A DNA stretch of 64,000 nucleotides, from UHGV virus genome UHGV-0144373, one strand, 5' to 3'. Source of the DNA: a virus. A program made the translations under genes and the position numbers. Below the pieces are notes generated by a model. That model saw nothing but the letters and a program-made list of their open reading frames with translations. It had not been told where the DNA came from and ran no database searches. Shown piece after piece: positions 9,443 to 17,598 of this stretch; the stretch's first letter is position 1; each line of letters starts with the position of its first letter.

Positions 9443-11587
9443 ATGAACAAAGTACAGATTATTAAAAAGAATGGCTCACTCGAAGAACCTGATATCAAAA
9501 AAGTTTTAGTAGCAGTCACAAAGTCAGCTAACAGAGTTGGTTATAAAGAGCTTCCACCAGATGTTACTCAAGCTCTTGAGTCAGCATTTATGAGGATTCT
9601 GGTAAAGTCCACTAAACAGAATAATTTGCTAATTTCGGTAAATGATATTCACAGTATTGTTGAGGGTGCTTTGGCAGAAGTCAATCACGAAATCTATGAG
9701 TCTTACTCAACATATAGAAATTACCGTAAAGAAGTTGCTCAAAATTGGGATGAACTCTACCAGAAGACCAGAGATACACTCTTCTTAGGTGACAGAGAGA
9801 ATGCTAACTTTGACAGCAGTTTAATTTCTACAAAAGGTTCAATTATTCGTGGTTATCTGACTAAAGAAATCTTTAAACAGTACCATTTAACACCAGAGGA
9901 ACTTGAAGCCATTGAAAAAGGGTTTATCTATATCCATGATTTAAGAGACCTAATTTTTGGTGGTATCAACTGTTGCCTGTTTGACATTGGTAAAGTCCTG
10001 AAAGGTGGCTTTGAAATGTCTGGCATCGAATATTGTGAACCGAAGTCTGTGCTGTCGGCCTTACAGGTTATTGGTGACGTAGTTCTTTCAGCAACTGCAC
10101 AGCAATTTGGTGGTTTTACTTTAGCAGAGATTGATAAGGTACTTGTGCCGTATGCTAAGAAGTCTCTACGCTATCATGCTGAGAAAGCAGCATCTTATGG
10201 TATTCCTAAAGAACATTACCACAATTATGTCATGGAGCAGCTACAGCTTGAATTAACTCAGGGTTTCCAGTCACTCGAAATGAAACTAAATACTGTACCT
10301 TGTAGCCGTGGTGATTTTGCATTTACAACTTTGACATTTGGATTACTTGACTCAGATATGTCTAATGAAGACAACCGACTGCAATACATGATTGCAAACA
10401 CCATTCTTGATGTTCGCATGAATGGACAAGGTAAGAGCAAGAAGCCTGTTGTATTCCCTAAACTGGTTTATATTCATGACCAGAAGAGACACGATGAGGA
10501 TATCTGTCAAGGCCAACTGTACAGCAAAGCTATTGAGTGTTGCTCTAAAGCGATGTATCCAGATTTCTTAAGTGTATCTGGTCATGGTGCTGTAGCAGAA
10601 GCTTTTGAGCGTTCTGGCAAGGTAATTTCACCGATGGGTTGCAGAGCTTTCTTATCCCCATATCTTAACGAGAATGGAGAAGAGTTCTACGTTGGTCGTG
10701 CTAATATTGGTGCTGTATCTTTGAACTTACCAATGATTTACCAGTATTCTAAAGAGAATGGTTTAGATTTCTGGAAAGAGCTTGATAAGTACCTAGAAAT
10801 GATTCGTAGCTTCCATAAGAAACGTTACGAAATGATTGCCAATATGCCAGCAAGTTCTAACCCTCTTGCATTCACACAAGGTGGTCTGTATAAAGGGACT
10901 AAGAAGCCTACTGACAAGGTTGGTTGGGATATTGTGAAGTCCTTCACAGCTTCTTTTGGGGTTACTGCTCTTGATGAGTTATCTGTTCTTGCTGAAGGTA
11001 AACGACTTCATGAAGTTGGAAGTTCTAGTTTTGCATACGATGTTCTGGCATACATTAACATGAAAACTGAAGAGTTTAAGAATGAAGATGGCTTCCTGTA
11101 TGCAGTATATGGCACTCCAGCAGAGTCATTGTGTGGAACTCAGCTAAAACAGTTCAGAGATATGTTTGGTGTTATTAAAGGCGTTTCTGACAAGGAATAC
11201 TTTACAAACAGTTTCCATATGAATGTTGCAGCAAACATCTCACCATTTGAGAAGCAGGACTTAGAAGAGCCATTCTTCCATATCTGTAGAGGTGGCAGAA
11301 TCCAGTATGTAAGGGTAGCTAACCCAGAAAACTTACCAGCACTTAAAAGTTGTATTACCAGAGGGATGTTGAAGGGTTTTTATCAGGGACTTAACTTTGA
11401 CTTAGCAATCTGTGAACATTGTGGTAACAGACCAAAGGCTGATGTGGAAGAATGTGAGGTTTGTCATTCACACGATATCTCTGTGATTAACAGGGTGTGC
11501 GGGTACTTGTCATTCACAAAAATTAAAGGTCAGTCTCGAATGAATGACGCTAAGATGGCAGAAATTAAGGATAGAGTTTCTATGTAA
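9443..11587 (+). CDS. nrdD: anaerobic ribonucleoside-triphosphate reductase (class III)
   Basis: ATG9443 after AAAGGGG; ATP-cone N-terminus; C-terminal Zn-ribbon CEHCGN...CEVCHSHD and glycyl-radical motif NRVCGYL. Confidence 0.85.
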   Translation: MNKVQIIKKNGSLEEPDIKKVLVAVTKSANRVGYKELPPDVTQALESAFMRILVKSTKQNNLLISVNDIHSIVEGALAEVNHEIYESYSTYRNYRKEVAQNWDELYQKTRDTLFLGDRENANFDSSLISTKGSIIRGYLTKEIFKQYHLTPEELEAIEKGFIYIHDLRDLIFGGINCCLFDIGKVLKGGFEMSGIEYCEPKSVLSALQVIGDVVLSATAQQFGGFTLAEIDKVLVPYAKKSLRYHAEKAASYGIPKEHYHNYVMEQLQLELTQGFQSLEMKLNTVPCSRGDFAFTTLTFGLLDSDMSNEDNRLQYMIANTILDVRMNGQGKSKKPVVFPKLVYIHDQKRHDEDICQGQLYSKAIECCSKAMYPDFLSVSGHGAVAEAFERSGKVISPMGCRAFLSPYLNENGEEFYVGRANIGAVSLNLPMIYQYSKENGLDFWKELDKYLEMIRSFHKKRYEMIANMPASSNPLAFTQGGLYKGTKKPTDKVGWDIVKSFTASFGVTALDELSVLAEGKRLHEVGSSSFAYDVLAYINMKTEEFKNEDGFLYAVYGTPAESLCGTQLKQFRDMFGVIKGVSDKEYFTNSFHMNVAANISPFEKQDLEEPFFHICRGGRIQYVRVANPENLPALKSCITRGMLKGFYQGLNFDLAICEHCGNRPKADVEECEVCHSHDISVINRVCGYLSFTKIKGQSRMNDAKMAEIKDRVSM

Positions 11588-11601
11588 AACTTGACAAGGT
11601 G

Positions 11602-11985
11602 ATGTGGGTCTTGATAGGCTTACATCACCTTTTTATTTGGAGTTACATTATGGACTTGTGGCTTTATGTAGCAGTTTGTGGGATTGTATGTCTGATAATC
11701 TTATTTATTCTTGGAATAATGCGATTTAGAGACATCATACAGTCAGATTTTTTGCCTGAGTTTGCCATGATGGTTGGAGTTATTGCACTTTGTGTCTTGG
11801 CGGTGTTCTATTCATACAAAACTGTGATACGGATGAAGGCAAACAATTGTGTAAAAACTCATCAACATCGTGAGGTTACTTATTTTGTGAGTGTACTTAG
11901 TGGGAACACCACTGTACTTGTCCCACAAACTTCTGTAGAGTATCTTTACACATGTGATAATGGTAAAACTATATGGTGGAATTAA
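11602..11985 (+). CDS. membrane protein (hypothetical)
   Basis: Two or three predicted TM helices; ATG11602. Confidence 0.4.
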   Translation: MWVLIGLHHLFIWSYIMDLWLYVAVCGIVCLIILFILGIMRFRDIIQSDFLPEFAMMVGVIALCVLAVFYSYKTVIRMKANNCVKTHQHREVTYFVSVLSGNTTVLVPQTSVEYLYTCDNGKTIWWN

Positions 11986-11987
11986 CA

Positions 11988-12188
11988 ATGACAACAATCT
12001 TAAAGGTATTGACACCCATACTACACATAGTAATCTTCTTCTTTGGTGTTAGTGTTATGGTATGGGGTTTTTCAGACCCACAATGGAATTTCTCATATCA
12101 TGGTAAGATGGATTTATGGTCATGCTTCAAACCATTTTTAGGGTTAGCTATAGCATTCAGTGCATTACCAACTAAGGCGAGATTATGA
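11988..12188 (+). CDS. small membrane protein (hypothetical)
   Basis: ATG11988 after GGTGGA; hydrophobic N-terminus. Confidence 0.3.
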   Translation: MTTILKVLTPILHIVIFFFGVSVMVWGFSDPQWNFSYHGKMDLWSCFKPFLGLAIAFSALPTKARL

Positions 12189-12580
12189 TTAAGTTGAACC
12201 AAAAACAGTTAGAGTGGATTAAAGATTACGCCTCAGAGTGTGGCTCTTGCGAAAAGAATCACGTAAGATATTCAACATTCCATACGACCTTCACATTGTA
12301 CATCAGCGACAACGTTCTAAGTGATTCTGTAGAAGATGGTGTAGCATTGCCTAATGAATTGCTTGACAAATTAGCTGTAGTCACTGGAACTTGGTCTGAA
12401 GAAGACGGTCATGAACTATCTAACGATGTTGCCTTCTACAGTCTTGAAAACATTATGAATCCAGAGTACATTATGCTAATGACTTGTGCACAAGACTGTG
12501 TGCCATTACAAAACTTTATTAAAGAGCACTGTGAAGAGTTTATTACTAAACAGGTTCCTTGTCAGGTGGTATTTGAATGA
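12185..12580 (+). CDS. hypothetical protein
   Basis: ORF with AAGGCGAG SD; Cys-rich; no motif. Confidence 0.4.
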   Translation: MIKLNQKQLEWIKDYASECGSCEKNHVRYSTFHTTFTLYISDNVLSDSVEDGVALPNELLDKLAVVTGTWSEEDGHELSNDVAFYSLENIMNPEYIMLMTCAQDCVPLQNFIKEHCEEFITKQVPCQVVFE

Positions 12581-12876
12581 GCAAAACAATTCGAAGAAAA
12601 GGTTTAAAGAACGTTCATGGACTTTATGAGTGGAGAAATGAGGTACGTAACAGAGAAAATGCTTCAGAGGTCTACTACCACTCTGATATGATGTCCAGAA
12701 AAGGTGGCTTTTACGACTTCACAAGTCAGCCTTGTAGAGAAATTAAGAAGGCTACTAAACGTCTTACAAGAACACAAATAAGGCAGCTTTCTAAGACATC
12801 CTTCTTAGATGAAGACTTTGACATTGATAGTAAGTCTCCAAAGAAAGCTGCTAAGAACACTTATATGTATTGGTGA
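12577..12876 (+). CDS. hypothetical basic protein
   Basis: ATGA overlap with upstream gene. Confidence 0.4.
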   Translation: MSKTIRRKGLKNVHGLYEWRNEVRNRENASEVYYHSDMMSRKGGFYDFTSQPCREIKKATKRLTRTQIRQLSKTSFLDEDFDIDSKSPKKAAKNTYMYW

Positions 12877-12885
12877 GGTAACTAG

Positions 12886-13371
12886 ATGAATTACATGGAG
12901 ATTAGACCATTTGACACAGCTAATGGTGAAGGGGTTCGTGTAAGCCTCTTCGTAGCTGGTTGTAAGCATCACTGTGAAGGCTGCTTTAACAGGGAGTCTT
13001 GGAAGTTTAATGCTGGTAAAGAGTTTACTTATGCAAACCTCTATGGAATCATCCAGCTAATGGGTGATAATGCTATCAGTGGGTTGTCAATACTTGGTGG
13101 AGAACCTCTGGATGATAGAAATATTCGAGAGGTCACCAATATATGCAAACGTATTAAAACTATTTATCCAGAGAAATCTATATGGCTCTGGACAGGTTTT
13201 CAACTACACGAAAAAATTCACCTAGATGTGATGAAATATGTTGACGTGGTGATTGATGGTAAGTATGATTCATCTAAACCCACAGTTAAACCATATCGTG
13301 GTTCTGATAACCAAAACCTCTGGAGAAAAGAGTATGGGTGGCAAGGTGATTGTCAGTGGAGAGCCGAGTAA
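12886..13371 (+). CDS. nrdG: anaerobic RNR activating protein (radical SAM)
   Basis: 161 aa; CKHHCEGC = CX3CX2C radical-SAM motif; follows nrdD. Confidence 0.8.
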   Translation: MNYMEIRPFDTANGEGVRVSLFVAGCKHHCEGCFNRESWKFNAGKEFTYANLYGIIQLMGDNAISGLSILGGEPLDDRNIREVTNICKRIKTIYPEKSIWLWTGFQLHEKIHLDVMKYVDVVIDGKYDSSKPTVKPYRGSDNQNLWRKEYGWQGDCQWRAE

Positions 13372-13495
13372 GTCTCGTCATAAAGTAGGTTATCGGTAAA
13401 GGACACTTTACAATGTTCTACAGAACAAACTTAACCGTTTGTGTCACTGAAAAAGAACTTAAAACATTTTGTGAAAATATTGAGAGAGATACGAA

Positions 13496-13753
13496 ATGGG
13501 ACTCTGGAACAGTTTTAAATCAAGAGTAAAAGCAGCACTAGCCTCATTAGGTATGCTCACTGGCGTTGATGTGACTCATCTTATGCAGAACTTTAAGATG
13601 GATGAGAAGCTGGCTAATGAGATTATGAAAAGTATCTATGTAGGCCGTGGTAAAGGTGGTAAGAAACAAGCCCACCGTCCGTCTGGTGCAGCAGCTATTA
13701 AACGAGCAGCTAAGAAAGCTCGTAACCGTAAACGTAATAAGAAGGCTAAATAA
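13496..13753 (+). CDS. hypothetical protein with basic C-terminus
   Basis: 85 aa; C-terminal K/R-rich tail. Confidence 0.4.
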   Translation: MGLWNSFKSRVKAALASLGMLTGVDVTHLMQNFKMDEKLANEIMKSIYVGRGKGGKKQAHRPSGAAAIKRAAKKARNRKRNKKAK

Positions 13754-13755
13754 TC

Positions 13756-14076
13756 ATGAGCAAAGTTTATAACACTCGTAAATTACAGATTTTCGTACTG
13801 TGCCAGTTTATGGCTAAAGAATACAACTTCTACTATTGTGGTACAGGTTTTATTAGCGACGATGATGGTTCATACCTACCATTCAAAGAAGCTGTAAAAC
13901 TCTTTAATGAAGAGAAAAGCTCTAAGAAAGATATTGAAAAGGTTAAGCTAACCTACAGTAAGAAAGATAAGAAAATTATCTGCCTAGATAACTTTGTAAA
14001 AGTTACTGGAGAAGCAAAAGAGTTTATGGATGAGAGTGAGATTTCATTCACAAGCATCTTGAAAGTAGCTCAGTAA
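13756..14076 (+). CDS. hypothetical protein
   Basis: ORF; no motif. Confidence 0.4.
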   Translation: MSKVYNTRKLQIFVLCQFMAKEYNFYYCGTGFISDDDGSYLPFKEAVKLFNEEKSSKKDIEKVKLTYSKKDKKIICLDNFVKVTGEAKEFMDESEISFTSILKVAQ

Positions 14077-14087
14077 ACAGATACTAT

Positions 14088-14118
14088 AAGGGAACTGTAA
14101 AGGTTCCCTTTTTATTTT
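14088..14118 (+). terminator. rho-independent terminator
   Basis: AAGGGAAC-loop-GGTTCCCTT then TTTTATTTT. Confidence 0.5.
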
Positions 14119-14127
14119 GGAGATGAT

Positions 14128-14643
14128 ATGTATCTGTCAAACCTGAAACGTTCTGCTGCAATGTCAGTGTTAAGACTCAGCTTTGAGGAACGTCAAGAGT
14201 TCATTGACTCCCACCAATACGACCCTTCCAACTCGAATCACATGATACTCTGGAATCGTGAGAGTACTCGTGAAAGAGCACTATTCCGCTATTACCCACA
14301 CTACACTATAGATAACCTGTATGAATTGTTTGTTGTGAAGAACACCATTACAGTGCTCAATCAACTTTGCAGATACACAGGTAGTCAATCCTTCACATTA
14401 GGCCACCACAAACCTGTTACAAAGGGTGGTGAGCATCACTGTGCAAACTGGTTTATCCAGACTAAACTTGATAACCAGAAGCAGGGAGATAACCTTCTAA
14501 GCACACCTAAGATGACCTACGAAGAGCAAGAGAAATATATCAAAAATAATATGCCAGATGTGCTTGACAACAACTATACAGATTTGGCAATATCTCTCCT
14601 GTTGAAGTTCGAGACAGTTTATAGGGCAACTTACAATGGCTAA
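14128..14643 (+). CDS. HNH endonuclease-like protein
   Basis: GHHKPVTKGGEHHCANWFIQTKLDNQKQGD fits the HNH pattern (HH...GG...N...N..K). Confidence 0.5.
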   Translation: MYLSNLKRSAAMSVLRLSFEERQEFIDSHQYDPSNSNHMILWNRESTRERALFRYYPHYTIDNLYELFVVKNTITVLNQLCRYTGSQSFTLGHHKPVTKGGEHHCANWFIQTKLDNQKQGDNLLSTPKMTYEEQEKYIKNNMPDVLDNNYTDLAISLLLKFETVYRATYNG

Positions 14644-14914
14644 AGAGAAGTGGGAGATTTTACCATTAGTCAGTGAAGGCGGTAATGGTTGCGAAATGTA
14701 CATGATACGTGGTCATGTTCCAGAACCAATTGCACTTGAGATGGTAAACAACTTTACAGATGGCTCTTACAAAGACTTAGGGGAGCCAACTATAAAGCAG
14801 CAATGGGTAAAGCCTGTACCAGACAGCACAGGTGGCTGTAGTGTACTTTATCACGTTGTAGACCCTGCAAAATGCAAATCTGCAATGGCAGTAACAAACG
14901 TAACTTTTGATTGA
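14636..14914 (+). CDS. hypothetical protein
   Basis: ORF overlapping the HNH gene end. Confidence 0.4.
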   Translation: MAKEKWEILPLVSEGGNGCEMYMIRGHVPEPIALEMVNNFTDGSYKDLGEPTIKQQWVKPVPDSTGGCSVLYHVVDPAKCKSAMAVTNVTFD

Positions 14915-14923
14915 GAGAAAATT

Positions 14924-15379
14924 ATGATTTTTTGCAGCTTCCAAAAAAGAATTATTGAGATTCTATACAATAAGTTTGGGACAGATAACACATTTGACTC
15001 AAATGAAGCTATTGAAGCCCTACAAGAAGGAAGTGATTATATCAAAAAACAGCCAATAGCAAACATCAGGTACTACTTGACTCAGATGAGAAAGTGGGGT
15101 GTGCTCATCGTGGTAGGACAGATTAAGCAACAAGGGAGGATGCTCATCAACCAATTAAACAGAGGTTTTATTGAGAAGCACATTCAGCTAGACTATTTAC
15201 TTAAAGAGCCACGAAACCAACGTGAAGAGCAGCAAAAAGACTTAAGTGGTGGTGTAGGTGTGTCTCCAGACATAAAATTCTTTATTGGTGAGTTGATGTT
15301 TGATACACTCCAAGATGCTGTTGAACACTGCAAAAAGTATATTATCAAAGTAAAACGTGCAAAAATTATTTGGGAGTAA
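14924..15379 (+). CDS. paralog family protein, subtype A (copy 1)
   Basis: Starts MIFCSFQKRIIEILYNKFGTDNTFDSNEAIE; ends AVEHCKKYIIKVKRAKIIWE; homologous to 15801-16265. Confidence 0.5.
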   Translation: MIFCSFQKRIIEILYNKFGTDNTFDSNEAIEALQEGSDYIKKQPIANIRYYLTQMRKWGVLIVVGQIKQQGRMLINQLNRGFIEKHIQLDYLLKEPRNQREEQQKDLSGGVGVSPDIKFFIGELMFDTLQDAVEHCKKYIIKVKRAKIIWE

Positions 15380-15383
15380 TAAC

Positions 15384-15779
15384 ATGTTTGAGCTTCTGAA
15401 GGTTCTGTATATAAATTTTGGCTATGATAAAACATTTTCTGGCTCACAACTAACTAAGGTTTTTAATAAATATCTACCACATGCTTCAATCAGGGATAAA
15501 GCTAATTGGTCTCACAGATTACGTAAAAGTGGGTATATTAGCGTTGTTGGGGCGACAGGCTTTAATAATGAGTATCTTATGAGAATCAATGAAAGCAAAG
15601 CTAAAAATGTGCTTTTAAATTGTAATGACTATCAACAAAAGGATGAAGAGGTCAGTGTAGGTGAAGTAGGGTACTTCATAGGTGACATACACTTTACCAG
15701 TATGGAGGCAGCAGTTGAGCATTGTAAGAGAACGGTTATCCAAACAAAAAGAAAGCGTATTGTTTGGGAAGAAGTTTAA
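15384..15779 (+). CDS. paralog family protein, subtype B (copy 1)
   Basis: ATG15384 (MFELLKVLYINFGYDKTF); shared C-terminal EHCK...K(R/K)xK(I/V)(I/V)WE motif; homologous to 16270-16650. Confidence 0.5.
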   Translation: MFELLKVLYINFGYDKTFSGSQLTKVFNKYLPHASIRDKANWSHRLRKSGYISVVGATGFNNEYLMRINESKAKNVLLNCNDYQQKDEEVSVGEVGYFIGDIHFTSMEAAVEHCKRTVIQTKRKRIVWEEV

Positions 15780-15800
15780 ACATTTGATTAGGAATACACT

Positions 15801-16265
15801 ATGATTTTTTGCAATTTACAGAAGCACGTAATAGAGATTTTATACAAAACCTTCGGGACAGAAAACACTTTTGACTCTAACGAAGCAATTGACACATTAA
15901 GAGAGAATAGCCTTTTTATACGAGGCCAGTCAATCAGTAATACCCGTGGGTATCTGACAATGTTAAGACAGTCTGGTGTACTGCTGACTGTAGGGCAGGT
16001 AAAAAGCAAAGGTAGACTAAGTATTAATCAATTAAATCGAGCCTTTATGGAGAAGCACATACAACTGTCAAGGATGCTAGATAATACGTGTGAAGAGTTG
16101 GGGAGTCCACAAAAAGCGAGTTCATCTGATGTTAAAGATGTGGATGCACAACCTGACGTAAGATACTTTATTGCTGATGTTATGTTTAAAACACTCGATG
16201 AAGCTATTGAGCACTGCAAAAAGCATCTTATTAAAGTTAAACATGCAAAAGTTATTTGGGAGTGA
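15801..16265 (+). CDS. paralog family protein, subtype A (copy 2)
   Basis: MIFCNLQKHVIEILYKTFGTENTFDSNEAID...EHCKKHLIKVKHAKVIWE. Confidence 0.5.
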   Translation: MIFCNLQKHVIEILYKTFGTENTFDSNEAIDTLRENSLFIRGQSISNTRGYLTMLRQSGVLLTVGQVKSKGRLSINQLNRAFMEKHIQLSRMLDNTCEELGSPQKASSSDVKDVDAQPDVRYFIADVMFKTLDEAIEHCKKHLIKVKHAKVIWE

Positions 16266-16269
16266 TGCT

Positions 16270-16650
16270 ATGATTGAACTGTTAAAAGTCCTATATAATA
16301 AGTTTGGTTATGATAAAACTTTTACTTGTTCACAGATACGTAGTATCCATGATAAGGAATTTCCAAATGTATCCAAGACAAACAAGTCAACTCGGTTCAA
16401 TCGTCTTCGCCAGAGGGGTTACATTAAAATAGTTGGATACAAGAATAACTCTTTCGAGTATGTAATGCAGATTAATAGAGAAGTGTCAAGTAAAATACTT
16501 GAAGAGCCAACAGCCGAAGAACAAAAGATACAAGACGGTGAAGTTCGCTTCTTTGTGGAGAAGGAAAGTTTTGGGTCAATAGATGAAGCTATCGAATATT
16601 GTAAAAAGAACATTATTCAGGTAAAGCGTAGAAAGGTTATTTGGGAATAA
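16270..16650 (+). CDS. paralog family protein, subtype B (copy 2)
   Basis: ATG16270 (MIELLKVLYNKFGYDKTF...EYCKKNIIQVKRRKVIWE). Confidence 0.5.
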   Translation: MIELLKVLYNKFGYDKTFTCSQIRSIHDKEFPNVSKTNKSTRFNRLRQRGYIKIVGYKNNSFEYVMQINREVSSKILEEPTAEEQKIQDGEVRFFVEKESFGSIDEAIEYCKKNIIQVKRRKVIWE

Positions 16651-16667
16651 AGAGAGAGAGAGAGAGA
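16651..16667 (+). repeat. (AG)8 dinucleotide repeat in the 5' leader of the prs-like gene
   Basis: AGAGAGAGAGAGAGAGA directly upstream of ATG16672. Confidence 0.9.
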
Positions 16668-16671
16668 AGCT

Positions 16672-17553
16672 ATGAAAACATCTATCCGTGTTACAGTTCA
16701 TTCACCGACTAAAGGGACTCACGAAGAAGAGTTTAACATTATCCAATTCCCTTCTGGTGAGATTGGTGGACACTTTTCACAAGAGCTTGTTGATTTTACT
16801 GCTTATGCAGCATCATCCATCAACAACGTGGTTATGATTGTAAAGGGTTATGACAAAGACACATTGTTTGCTGTTGCACTTGCTAAAGAAGCAATTGATG
16901 ATTTAGTTCCTCATGATTATGCTCTGAAGACTGTCATTTTTTACTACTTGCCAAATGCACGATATGACCGTCACATGTTTAAAGGCGACGCAGCAGCTTT
17001 AAAGGTTTTTGCTAAACAGATTAATGCAATGGGGTTTGGCGCAGTCTGTGCAGTTGACCCTCACAGCTATGTACCAGATAACCTGTTTAACTGCTTCCAG
17101 AGTATCCCTCAAAAGGAAATTGCAGTCCACTATGCAAATGACCCTCTGATTGATTACTTAGTAGCTCCAGATGCAGGTGCTTCTAAGAAGATTGCAGAGA
17201 CTGCTAAAGAGGTAGATAAACCATACATCACAATGTCTAAAGTACGCAACCTCAAGACTGGTGAAATCACTGGTATGCGAATCCTTGATGATGTTGATTT
17301 GACAGATAAAACTGTCATGATTCTGGATGATATTTGTGATGGAGGCCGAACCTTCATAGAAGCAGCTAAACACCTCCGTAAAGCAGGTGCAAAACGTGTG
17401 GAACTATATGTAACACATGGTATCTTCTCTAAAGGTGTTGAAAACTTACTTGACAATGGTATTGACCATATCTACACTACAAACTCTTTAGGCGAAGCTA
17501 AAGACCGTGGCTTAACACATTACGGCCAAGTTACTGTAGCAACCATTGATTGA
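16672..17553 (+). CDS. ribose-phosphate pyrophosphokinase-like protein (PRPP synthetase homolog; possible ADPR-PP synthetase)
   Basis: 293 aa; PRPP-binding loop MILDDICDGGRTF and VAPDAGASKK; Prs family by motif. Confidence 0.75.
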   Translation: MKTSIRVTVHSPTKGTHEEEFNIIQFPSGEIGGHFSQELVDFTAYAASSINNVVMIVKGYDKDTLFAVALAKEAIDDLVPHDYALKTVIFYYLPNARYDRHMFKGDAAALKVFAKQINAMGFGAVCAVDPHSYVPDNLFNCFQSIPQKEIAVHYANDPLIDYLVAPDAGASKKIAETAKEVDKPYITMSKVRNLKTGEITGMRILDDVDLTDKTVMILDDICDGGRTFIEAAKHLRKAGAKRVELYVTHGIFSKGVENLLDNGIDHIYTTNSLGEAKDRGLTHYGQVTVATID

Positions 17554-17563
17554 AACTTTATAG

Positions 17564-17584
17564 GGGCTTAAAAGCCCCATTTTG
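17564..17584 (+). terminator. hairpin (terminator/processing-like)
   Basis: GGGGCTT-AAA-AGCCCC followed by ATTTTG. Confidence 0.4.
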
Positions 17585-17598
17585 AGAGAGATTAAAAG

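Noticed and set aside
5336-11587. Group I intron or intein interrupting nrdA, nrdB or nrdD
   Set aside because: All three reading frames are continuous with expected lengths and no internal non-coding gap.
15357-15383. ORF-track N-terminal extensions MQKLFGS(N/D)(N/A) on subtype-B paralogs (also 16171-16269)
   Set aside because: They come from reading the conserved 3' coding end of the preceding subtype-A gene in another frame from a non-ATG codon; the ATG just after the upstream stop is the more plausible start.
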